The position numbers were made by a program, and so were the translations under genes. The notes under the pieces were generated by a model that was not told where the DNA came from, ran no database searches, and saw nothing but the letters and a program-made list of their open reading frames with translations. From positions 26,119 through 90,118 of the forward strand of contig CAWDPM010000021.1 of the NCBI GenBank assembly GCA_963804185.1: a stretch of DNA of 64,000 bases, given 5' to 3'. This document shows, piece by piece, positions 45,212 to 54,144 of the stretch. The stretch's first letter is position 1. Each line of letters opens with the position of its first letter. Source of the stretch: an uncultured Candidatus Rokubacteria bacterium. Lineage in GTDB: Bacteria; Methylomirabilota; Methylomirabilia; Rokubacteriales; DASRDR01.

Positions 45212-46029
45212 CTAGGAGCGGTTCTTGAGCGTGACCTCGGTGACGAGCGTGCGGCTCACCGTTTGCCCCCCGATCATTTGCTGCGCCTCGACCCGGATCC
45301 GGATACGCCCGATGTTGTCGGCCTGCTCCTGACTGCTCAGCGGCAGGCTGAAGGCGTTGTCGCAGGGGTTGGCCACACCGGCGCAGGGACCGAAGTTCGG
45401 CCGCGGATAGTACGTGAACGAGAGACCGTTGATGTCAACGGCCACCATCGCCACGGGCCCCGTCCCGTCATCACGGGTGATGCACTGGGGCACCCCTGGT
45501 GTGCAGTTCGCCGTCGAAAGCGCGTACAGCACGTCCTCCTCGCCGCGATCCGCCTGGGAGGCCGGTGACGTGATGGCGTTGCCCATCCCCGCGATCCGCC
45601 CGTTGTGGTTGCGGTCCGAGCGGATGCGCAGGGTCGTTGCCGTGGCCTGGCTGTACGGAATCGCGAACAGCCCCTTGCAGCCGGCGCCACCCGCCATTAT
45701 CGGTCTGCCAGGTGGGGCTCCCGGTCCCGGTGAGTCGCGTGGTGCACCGGGTCGACCTTGGTGCCATCGCAGTCCGTTGCATCTGCCGTGCGGTAGTCGA
45801 ACGCACAGGTGGTGACGTCCCGACCGGTCGATCGGATCTCGCGGATCATGAAGTCGATGGCGGCCCGCACGTTCTGCTGGACTTCCGCCGACTCGGCCCC
45901 GAGGAAGTAGGCCTCCTGCGCCTTGCCCCAGACGCCGATGACGGCAGCCATCACGATCGCGAACAGCGCGAGGGTGATCACCAACTCGGTCAGGGTCACG
46001 CCACGCAGGTCGCGCAGCAGGTGGTTCAT
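45212..46029 (-). CDS. PilW-like prepilin (frameshifted)
   Basis: RGVTLTELVITLALF cleavage/methylation motif, QQNVRAAIDFMIREIR, C-term EVTLKN. Confidence 0.75.
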
Positions 46030-46042
46030 GGCGAAAGGCGTT

Positions 46043-46489
46043 TCAATTTCCAGTCAGTTCGCTCGGATGGTCACGACCGTCGTCCGCCAGCTCGGGTTCG
46101 GGACCGTGCTGCTGAACTCCACGACGGCGGTGATCGTCGTGGTCGCCGCCGTCGGGGCTGCCGGGCTGGACGGCAACGCAGCGGGAGAACCCTGCGTACG
46201 CAGAGACCGTCCGCAGATTCCCGCTCCCCGTGCAGTCGGTCGGCAAAGTGCCCGACGACCCGTCGAAGCTAAGACTCGCGATGCTGCTGTAGTCGGCGGC
46301 CTTGGCGCGCTCGATGGCTTCCTGGGCCAGGAGGGTTGCCGTGGTCTGGAAGCCGCTCGCCACCACCCCGTACATGGCGTACGGGACCGACGCCGCAAGC
46401 CCGAGGAGCGCAATGGCCAGGAGGACCATCGCGACCATCAGCTCCACCATGGAGACGCCGTGCTGATCCCGCCTTTTCAACCCGGTCAC
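46043..46489 (-). CDS. PilV-like prepilin
   Basis: HGVSMVELMVAMVLLAI, ATLLAQEAIE. Confidence 0.78.
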   Translation of the reverse strand: MTGLKRRDQHGVSMVELMVAMVLLAIALLGLAASVPYAMYGVVASGFQTTATLLAQEAIERAKAADYSSIASLSFDGSSGTLPTDCTGSGNLRTVSAYAGFSRCVAVQPGSPDGGDHDDHRRRGVQQHGPEPELADDGRDHPSELTGN

Positions 46490-46502
46490 GGCGGTTTCTC
46501 TT

Positions 46503-47051
46503 TCAGCACCCGGCCAGCCGGACGCCGCCGTACAGGGTGACGGTGATCGTGCTGAGACACGCTGAGGGCGACGTGTCCACGTTGAAGATTGTGTTGGCCG
46601 GGCCCGCCGGGAGAATCCGATTCCCGATCGGGTCGAAGATCAAGGTCGGCGCGGAGGTCACGACGTTGCCGGTTTGGGAAAGGGCTTGCCAGTCGTATCC
46701 GGAGACGATGGCGCCGTTGCACGCCGGAGTCGTGTCGGCCTGGCGAATGCGGTAGTGGCCGGACGCGAATTCGATGCAGTGATCGGATCCCTGCGTGATG
46801 GCGAACTGCCGGGCCAGCCGGATTGCCGCCACCGTCTGCTCGGCGGCGCCCTTGATGAGCAGGACCTGGCGAACGTTGGATAGCCAGGGATATGCCGCGA
46901 AGCCGACGATGGCGAGAACAAGGAGCACGATCATCAGTTCCATGGTGGTCAGGGCGCGCTGCTCCCTCCACCCGGGTGCGGTCCGTCCGGCAGTCAACTG
47001 CTTTCGATCTCTCCGGGGGGTTGACACCTTGAGTCTCCCGCCGCCATACAC
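46503..47051 (-). CDS. FimT/GspH-like prepilin; start uncertain
   Basis: RALTTMELMIVLLVLAI, IRLARQFAI, IFDPIG. Confidence 0.75.
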   Translation of the reverse strand: MYGGGRLKVSTPRRDRKQLTAGRTAPGWREQRALTTMELMIVLLVLAIVGFAAYPWLSNVRQVLLIKGAAEQTVAAIRLARQFAITQGSDHCIEFASGHYRIRQADTTPACNGAIVSGYDWQALSQTGNVVTSAPTLIFDPIGNRILPAGPANTIFNVDTSPSACLSTITVTLYGGVRLAGC

Positions 47052-47523
47052 TTCGAATCAGCGGGGCATGGCCTCGGATCTTCCCGTGGCCATCAGCGCT
47101 CCGAGGGCGCGGAGCATCGAAGGACCCTTCGGGGGGGGCCAATCACTCGTTGAACGTCTTGAACCCAGCGATGCCGACATCAGCAGGTCTAACGCGTGCC
47201 CGGACAGGCTCGACTTGCTGTGCTCCTCTTGGGAGTGCGGCTAACCGTCCGCCTTTCCCCGGCTGGGCACGGACTGGTGCGACCGCCTCCCTTGGCTCCG
47301 AGATTGCGCGGCGGACACGCGCCCTGTCAAGGGCGTCACGAGTGCGTCAGGAGTGACGGGCGTCGCGAGTGACGGCGAATGGCGGCAGACGCCTGAGTCC
47401 TTGCTGATCTTGCGGATCTGGACCGCGAGTCGGATCTTGTTGATGCCGATGCCGCCGAGGTTCCCCGATTGGCACGGTCGCCACTGATACGGCGCGAGAT
47501 TGCGTTTGGCATTAGTCCCTATC

Positions 47524-47696
47524 CAGCGCGTCTGCTCCCCCGCTGTCGCATCATCCGTTGGCGGGCGCGGCGCGCCCAGGAGACCGCCGCCACGCTCGCG
47601 CGACTACTCGCCGAGAACGTCGCCCTCCGCCAGCGGGTGGCCGAACTCGAGCGCCTGGTCGGGCAGCTCAAGCGCCGCCTCTGGCCGACAGCGTAG
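47524..47696 (+). repeat. Repeat gene A copy 3 (5'-truncated)
   Basis: QRVCSPRCR..AQETAATLARLLAENVALRQRVAELERLVGQLKRRLWPTA*. Confidence 0.75.
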
Positions 47697-48282
47697 TCCC
47701 GCCGCGCCCTCGCGCGGTCCAGCGCCGATCGAGGAGCTGGCGGCGCGGTGGTTACGCGTTCCAGGCAGCCCGCCAGCGCTTGGATAGGGCACCGGCGACC
47801 CGAGCACGCCCTCTCGGGCCAGCCTAGATCAGGTCCGGATCAGGCCCGGCGTGTGGAATCCGCGACCTCTGCACGCCCGTGTCGCAATTAGGGTCCGCCG
47901 GTGCGGAGAGCATTGCAGTCGCGTACAGCCCCGCTCCGGTAAGTCCCCCCGTTTTCGGTGAGTTGCGAGCGCCCGATGGGTGGCTCGGAACTTGCTCATC
48001 CTGGCCCGCCAGAGCTCACCGCACGCAGACCGGTAAGGTCGCCGCTGAACGGCCGGCTTCCCGCTGAAACCGATGCCGTCCGAGGGGGAGCTTAATCGAG
48101 GCCCGTGAGGAAAGGAGGCGGCCCGGTTCGCGACGTTATCCCAGCCAGGCGGGTCGTTGCCCCGCCCGGCCGGCTGCACGACGAGACACACGAAGCTACC
48201 AGGGTCTGGGGGCACCACACCCCAGCCCGGGCCATACCACCCACATCTCACCAAAAAGAGTGGTCAGGGGCCTGTTCGTTCC

Positions 48283-48564
48283 TTATTGGGGCTCCGGCGG
48301 CGCGAACCGCCGCAGCGGATTGGCTACCTGGTCTGGCTCCCAGATCGGCACGAGTTGCCACCAGCCCGTGCGCACCGGCACCGGCACATACTCGGTCGTG
48401 CAGCCACACCAGGCAGGAATGTCGAGCGTCCGCCCAGGCTGCCACCCGTGCGGGCGCAGGTGCTCAACACGCATGCGCATGACTGCGACCTCCCGCCCAC
48501 AGGTCCAGCAGGCCCGGGTCGGGCGCCGACGACCGGCGGCGTCGAGCCAGATGGGCGGGGTCAC
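48283..48564 (-). CDS. Repeat gene B copy 2
   Basis: 93 aa, near-identical to 34816-35097. Confidence 0.75.
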   Translation of the reverse strand: MTPPIWLDAAGRRRPTRACWTCGREVAVMRMRVEHLRPHGWQPGRTLDIPAWCGCTTEYVPVPVRTGWWQLVPIWEPDQVANPLRRFAPPEPQ

Positions 48565-48598
48565 CTTATGGCCTGCGGCGAGGGCGGCATCTTCACTC

Positions 48599-49600
48599 TC
48601 ACCCCTTCAACTCCTTCTTCAGCTCGTTGAGGAAGCGCCAGTCGGTGCCCTGGGCAATCAGCTTATTCGGGGGCGACTTGATCACGCCGGCTTCAAGCAT
48701 GCGAAGCGCGAAGAAGCGGATCGTGTCAGCCGAGTCGTACTCGCGCCACCGTCCGTACGGCACCTCACGTAGTACCTGCAGTGTGGCGTCCTGGTGCGCG
48801 GTGAAGCCGCGATCAACGAGCATCCGGGCGACCCGTTCAGGCTCGGCAGCGCAGATGTCGGTCGCCTTGACAATCGCGCGGAGCGCACGCTTCGTCGCCA
48901 CGGGGTGCTTCCGGACAAAATCCTGGCTCGCCACCGTCATGCAGCAGAAGTACTGAGACCAGGGGCGATCCAGTGCGGTGTTTACCACCGCGTGGCCGAT
49001 CTTCCTTGCCCGGAGTTCCTGGGGGACCGGCGGGAAGCCGAGGACCGCGTCGACTTTGCGCTCGATGAACAACTGCGTTGCCCCCGGGTTGAGCACAAAG
49101 GTGATGTCCTTCCGAGGATCAAGGCCAACGTAACTGACCATCGCAGCCACGAACGCCTGATAACCGGGAACCGCCACCGCCACCGTCTTGCCATGAAGGT
49201 CACGCACCGACCGGATTCGGTCGGTGGCAAACAGTTCATAGCATCCGCCGTGAACCCCCATCAGAGCCACGAGCGGCTTCCCTGCGTCCAAGAGAAGGAG
49301 CAGACCTGGTGCGTCGAGGAGTGTCATGTCCACCTGGCCAGCGGTCAGCGGAACTGAGGGGTCAGTAGTAGTGGTCACGTACTCCACCGTCGAAAAGCCC
49401 TCGGCTCGAAGCAGGTCCTCAGCAACCCACTGAGGTGCGACGCAGGCGACATCGAACGGGAATTTGACAAGGCGGATCGTCGTTGTCTCCGGCGGCGCCT
49501 CTGCGGCAGCAAGCTTGGTTTCAGTGCCGAAAAGTGCCGCCGCCCCCGCCAGGGTCAGGCCACTCACAAACTCGCGTCGATTCCAAGGCGCGCTATGCAT
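48599..49600 (-). CDS. NMT1/SsuA-like substrate-binding protein with Tat signal
   Basis: NRREFV twin-arginine, PETTTIRL, RPWSQYFCC, HPVATKRALRA. Confidence 0.85.
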   Translation of the reverse strand: MHSAPWNRREFVSGLTLAGAAALFGTETKLAAAEAPPETTTIRLVKFPFDVACVAPQWVAEDLLRAEGFSTVEYVTTTTDPSVPLTAGQVDMTLLDAPGLLLLLDAGKPLVALMGVHGGCYELFATDRIRSVRDLHGKTVAVAVPGYQAFVAAMVSYVGLDPRKDITFVLNPGATQLFIERKVDAVLGFPPVPQELRARKIGHAVVNTALDRPWSQYFCCMTVASQDFVRKHPVATKRALRAIVKATDICAAEPERVARMLVDRGFTAHQDATLQVLREVPYGRWREYDSADTIRFFALRMLEAGVIKSPPNKLIAQGTDWRFLNELKKELKG

Positions 49601-49697
49601 GATCGACCTCCTTCATCTCCGCCGCCGCCTGCTCCAGCCAAAAGCCCATCTCCATCTCGCGGTAGTACGTAGAATGGCATCATCGCACAACACGGCC

Positions 49698-50696
49698 TTA
49701 CTCGATGACCTCATCCGCCCGCGCCAGCACCGCCGGCGGGATGGTGAGGCCGAGTGCCTTGGCGGTTTTCAGGTTGATGACGAGTTCGAACTTGGTGGGC
49801 TGCTCGATGGGCAGGTCGCCAGGCTTCGCGCCTTCCAGAATCTTCGCCACATGTGTGGCGAGACGCCGGTACAGCTGAAGGACGTTCGGCCCATACGACA
49901 TCAGCCCACCCGCCTCTGCAACCTCCCGATATGCGTAGATGCCTGGGAGGCGGGTCCTTGCCGAAAGGCCAGCAAAGTACCGTGCGTTGACGTAGTGCGT
50001 TCTATCCGTGAACCCGAGGAGTCCATCCGCCTGCGCCCTGGCGATGAGCAACGCAAGGACGGACTCAGGGTCGTCACCCCCGTGCGCCTCGACGGGGTGG
50101 AGAGTCACGTCGAGTGTGGCGGCCGCATCGCGCAACTCCTGCCAGTCCCGGACGAAGTCGAGATTGGCCGGATTCCAGAGGACGGCCACGCGGGATAGCG
50201 TCGGAACAACCTCCTTCAGCAAGGACAGCCTTTTGACGGACACCTCGGGCGTGAACGTGGAGATCCCCGTGATGTTCCCGCCCGGACGTGCGAGGCCCGC
50301 CACGATCCCTTTCCCGACCAGATCATCGGCACATCCGATCACGATTGGAATGGTGCGCGTCGCCTGTCGGGCTACGTGGAATTCCGGGCCGCATACCTGA
50401 AATATTAGGAGATCCACCTTCTGCGCGATGAGGCCGTCCACCAGGCCTTGCAGACGTTCGTAGTGTCGTTCTGCGGTCCGGTACTCAAGGACGAAATCCC
50501 GGCCGTTCACCCAATGCAGCGCCTCCAGGCCTTCGAGTAGTGCCTTGGAGTTAGGATGCGCGAGCCATCTCTCGACGGGGAAGTTGAAGGACACGACTCC
50601 GATCCGTGGAATCCTCGGCGGACGCTCGGCCTCGGCGGCGAGCGGCGCGGCGAGGGCCGCGACGAGAAGCATGACCATCGCCAAGCCTCGCGTCAT
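49698..50696 (-). CDS. ABC_sub_bind family substrate-binding protein
   Basis: GLARPGGNITG, EQPTKFELVINLKTAKALGLTIPPAVLARADEVIE. Confidence 0.9.
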   Translation of the reverse strand: MTRGLAMVMLLVAALAAPLAAEAERPPRIPRIGVVSFNFPVERWLAHPNSKALLEGLEALHWVNGRDFVLEYRTAERHYERLQGLVDGLIAQKVDLLIFQVCGPEFHVARQATRTIPIVIGCADDLVGKGIVAGLARPGGNITGISTFTPEVSVKRLSLLKEVVPTLSRVAVLWNPANLDFVRDWQELRDAAATLDVTLHPVEAHGGDDPESVLALLIARAQADGLLGFTDRTHYVNARYFAGLSARTRLPGIYAYREVAEAGGLMSYGPNVLQLYRRLATHVAKILEGAKPGDLPIEQPTKFELVINLKTAKALGLTIPPAVLARADEVIE

Positions 50697-50980
50697 CGCT
50701 CGGCTCCACCCAACTCCGTCTCCGCTTTCTCCAGCCAAAACCTCATGTCCATCTCCCGGTACATGGCGCTCGCGGTCGTCAGGTGCTCGTGCGCCTTCAC
50801 GTGGTCACCGGTGCGGCGGTAGAGCTCGCCGAGGCCGAGGTGGCAGTGGGCGACGAGGGGGCGCATGCCGAGCTCGGAGGCCAGGACCATGGCGGCGCCG
50901 TAGTGCCCCTCGGCCGCCGCCGCGGCGGGATGGTTCGGGTGCGAGGCAATCTCGCCAAGGAGGCGGAGCGCCCATGCCTC
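50693..50980 (-). pseudogene. C-terminal stub of an adenylate cyclase/TPR protein
   Basis: [48 protein letters not shown]. Confidence 0.8.
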
Positions 50981-51219
50981 ACAAGACCGGCCAGGTAGGG
51001 GCAGCTGTCATCTTTTCTTACAGTGGGGCCGGCTGCTGCTCCAGCCTACAACTCACAATAAACACTACACCACAGTGATAGGCTCCAATTACTTCCCGAG
51101 CGAAAAGTCCCGTCCGGTCGGCCGGTGCTCCCCGAGGCTGTCCGCCTGCTTTACACCGCCGCGGGCTTCGCTCCTTGGGTCAATACTCCAAGTCCTTGAT
51201 TCTTCGGGGATCGTGTCAC

Positions 51220-51236
51220 TCGGCACGGCTGTTGCT
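51220..51236 (+). promoter_or_regulatory. Sigma-54 (-24/-12) promoter
   Basis: TCGGCACGGCTGTTGCT with GG-N10-GC spacing, ~40 bp before the PEP-CTERM-type gene. Confidence 0.65.
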
Positions 51237-51274
51237 GCCTCTGGTCAAGGCGCGGTGCAAAGGAGACAGGGACA

Positions 51275-52092
51275 ATGACAGGGCGGCTCATCAGGCAGTG
51301 CATGCCGGCGCTAGCCTTGGCGGGAGCGATTCTCCTCTCCCTGCCCCCGAGGGCCGACGCTATTCTTCAAGCCGCGGCTTCCATCGACGGTGTGGCGAGC
51401 CTGGCCTGCGACCAGAACGTGTGCGCGGGAGGCGGGGCGCCGACTTTTGCGGACATCGATCCTTTGGTCGGGGTTCTGACGACCTCTCCCACCACGATCG
51501 GCGGCATCTCCCTGTTTTTCGCCGTTCAGACCTCTGTGAAGTCCTCGGGCCCGGGCGGGCTCAACACTCTCTCCAGCGCCGGGACGGTGGTACAGAACAT
51601 CGACAGCGTCGCACATGTGGTTCTGCTTACAATCGGTGACACCGGTTTCATTGGCCCAGCATTCACGTTCACAACCACCGGAAGTGGTACCTGGGTAGAC
51701 CAAACGTTGCCCGCCCTCTTTGGGGGCTCGACGATCACGATGGAGTGGTTTAACGATCCCGCGAATGCCCAAGGGGCGGACTCCCCGGGCGACACGCCCG
51801 GCATCATGGTCAACACCGCTACCGACACACCACAGGACGGGACTAGTGTCCAGTCGTTCGGAGGGCCCGTATCCCCTTTCAACTGTCCGGCACCCATCAA
51901 CCCGACCCCGCCCTCTTCTCGATGACGCTCGACAACGAGATCGTGCTCGGGCCGGGCATCAGGCTGGAGAGCCGCGGTCAGGCGGAGTCGAAGCCGCAAG
52001 CCCAAGTCGTCGTCCCTGCACCGGCCACGCTTCTGCTCCTCGGCGGCGGTCTCGCGCTGCTCGGGTGGAGGCGCTGGAAGTCGCCCGCGTAG
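51275..52092 (+). CDS. PEP-CTERM-type (VPAP variant) surface protein, frameshifted near 51900
   Basis: Signal peptide, Thr/Gly-rich body, C-terminal VPAPATLLLLGGGLALLGWRRWKSPA*. Confidence 0.78.
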
Positions 52093-52434
52093 AATACGCA
52101 GTTCCCGCAGGTTCGCAGTCAGCAAGGCCGCCTGAACGGCGGCTTTGCTGCTTCTTGTGAGGACCCGCTCGCCGCGCCCGTCCCCGCATTGCCAGTAGCG
52201 CGAAGCGCGTGAGTGCCTAACAATCCCGTCAACCGGACCTGGGCCGATCACAGTCACGTGCTCGGCGCCCGCCAATCCGGCCACGCGGACACGTGCCGCC
52301 GGGCGGGGCGCGCCCCATCAGGAGCAGACGCAGTCGTCCCATCACGGCTTGGGGGCCGGCCGCTCGACCGCGATGAGTGCTATCGTGCGGGGCGTGGAGC
52401 CCCGTGTCGACCCGGGCGGCCTCAGGCGTCCCCT

Positions 52435-52920
52435 GTGACCAGTCTCCTCCGCCCGTGGCAGCCCGGACAATCGGGCAATCCCCTTGGCCAGGCCACGAGC
52501 CGGGTCACCCTCGCCCGCTATATCCGCCAACTCAGCCAGGACGGGCAGGTCTACGTCGATTTCCTCATGACCGTCATGCGCGGCGAGGCGCTGCCCTTAC
52601 CGGCGCCGCATGGGCATGGGCACGCCCAGGGCCGGCCCCCACGTCCGACGATCGATCAGCGGTTGCGGGCGGCGGAACTCCTCATGGACCGGGGATGGGG
52701 CAAGGCGAAGGAGATCCTCGAGTTCGTCGAGGATCGACCACGCATTGATCATCGCGCCCTCGTGGCGCAGCTGTCCGCCGACGAACGCGCGACGCTCGAG
52801 CACCTCCTCGATCGGGCCCTCGCGCGCTATGGGCACGCCGACATGACCCCCGCGATTGAGACCGTGGCCGAGCCGGTGCCGCGGTCGGCTGAGCCGGTCC
52901 CTGATGCAGACGCTTCCTGA
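52435..52920 (+). CDS. DUF5681-like protein (putative terminase small subunit)
   Basis: PWQPGQSGNPLG, RLRAAELLMDRGWGK; overlaps the TerL-like gene. Confidence 0.68.
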   Translation: MTSLLRPWQPGQSGNPLGQATSRVTLARYIRQLSQDGQVYVDFLMTVMRGEALPLPAPHGHGHAQGRPPRPTIDQRLRAAELLMDRGWGKAKEILEFVEDRPRIDHRALVAQLSADERATLEHLLDRALARYGHADMTPAIETVAEPVPRSAEPVPDADAS

Positions 52921-53653
52921 CCGTGGGGCGGTGCTCACGGATGCGGTCGATCTCAAGCACGAGCTTGCGGCCGCGCGCTATCGGGACGACGTGTGGGCGT
53001 GGATCAGCGAGTGTGTGACCACGGTCGATGAACTGGACGCGCGGACCCCCATCAAACCGTTTCCGACTCGTGTCTGCGTGCGCTGTTCGACCTACGAGGG
53101 GGGCGTCGAGACGACGTGCATTCGGTGTGGCGACGCCACGCGCCCATTGATCTACTTGCGGGAACTCGCGCATCAATGGCAGAGTGCGAAGCCGCCCCTC
53201 CTCGTCGTGCCGAAGGCGCGGCGTATGAAGCTAAGTTGGCTGTTCGTCGCCTGCCACGTCTGGGGGTCCCTGCACTGGCCGCACGCGAAGGTCTTTTTCG
53301 TCTCCTCGAAGGAAGAGAAGTCCGGGGAACTCGTCGAGCGCGCCCATGGCATCCTGTCGCGGCTTCCGCCGCACGGCGGGGGCGGGCGTCTCGTGGGACA
53401 GACGGCCTCTCCCCCATCAGTGCGGCTGGATAACGGAGCCTCTATTGTCGGGGTGGCGGAGGGGGCGTCGCAGCTTCGCCAGTACACGTCCACGGCGGTG
53501 CTGGCTGACGAATTCGGACACTGGATGCAGCCTCGCGAGACGTTCTCGGCCATGAAACCCACCATGGATGGGGGCGGCCGCATCACGATCGTGTCGAGCG
53601 CGTATCCGGGAACCTTCGCAGAGCTCGTCCGGGGTGAGCTCCTAAGCGGATAG
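52904..53653 (+). CDS. Terminase large subunit-like ATPase domain only (249 aa)
   Basis: LVVPKARRMKLSW (KxRxxGxS-like), FFVSSKEEKS, AVLADEF Walker B, ITIVSSA coupling motif; stops before a nuclease domain. Confidence 0.7.
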   Translation: MQTLPDRGAVLTDAVDLKHELAAARYRDDVWAWISECVTTVDELDARTPIKPFPTRVCVRCSTYEGGVETTCIRCGDATRPLIYLRELAHQWQSAKPPLLVVPKARRMKLSWLFVACHVWGSLHWPHAKVFFVSSKEEKSGELVERAHGILSRLPPHGGGGRLVGQTASPPSVRLDNGASIVGVAEGASQLRQYTSTAVLADEFGHWMQPRETFSAMKPTMDGGGRITIVSSAYPGTFAELVRGELLSG

Positions 53654-53753
53654 CCGTATGAGTATCGCGTGAGGCCCCGCAAGAAGAAGTCACCGACCGT
53701 CGGCCCCCCATCCGGACGACGCCACATGGATATCGGTCGCGTGAGCTAACCGT

Positions 53754-53993
53754 TCACACGCTCCGGCCCTTCCAGAGGCGGGTCTTGAGCTGCCGGACCA
53801 GGTGCTCCAGTTCGACGACGCGCTGGCGGAACCACGCGTTCTCGGTTCGGAGCTGGGCGACCATGGCGGCGTGCTCCCGCGCGCGGTCTCGGTGCCACTG
53901 GGCGGTCCGACATCGAGGCGAGCAGACGCGCGACGCGCGGCCCGCCGCAAGGGGCTGGCTGCACACCGCGCAGACGCCGGACACGAACGCCAT
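53754..53993 (-). CDS. Repeat gene A copy 4 (intact, 79 aa, Zn-finger + coiled coil)
   Basis: CAVCSQPL..RVCSPRCR..LRTENAWFRQRVVELEHLVRQLKTRLW. Confidence 0.7.
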   Translation of the reverse strand: MAFVSGVCAVCSQPLAAGRASRVCSPRCRTAQWHRDRAREHAAMVAQLRTENAWFRQRVVELEHLVRQLKTRLWKGRSV

Positions 53994-54144
53994 ACGTATC
54001 ATAGGATAGTGCGGTCTCGGCCTCACGCCTGAGCGAGTCGCACACGCTCGGCCCTTACCGGCGCTTAGCTACCGCCGGGACCGGCGCGTCCTGCCGCGCC
54101 TGGGCCGAGCGGCTCGTCGCAGACGCTCCGGGTAGGAGGGAGCC

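Noticed and set aside
29600-51000. Classical integron cassette array or diversity-generating retroelement
   Set aside because: No attC-like sites, IntI or reverse transcriptase recognised; the repeats are coding-derived gene ends.
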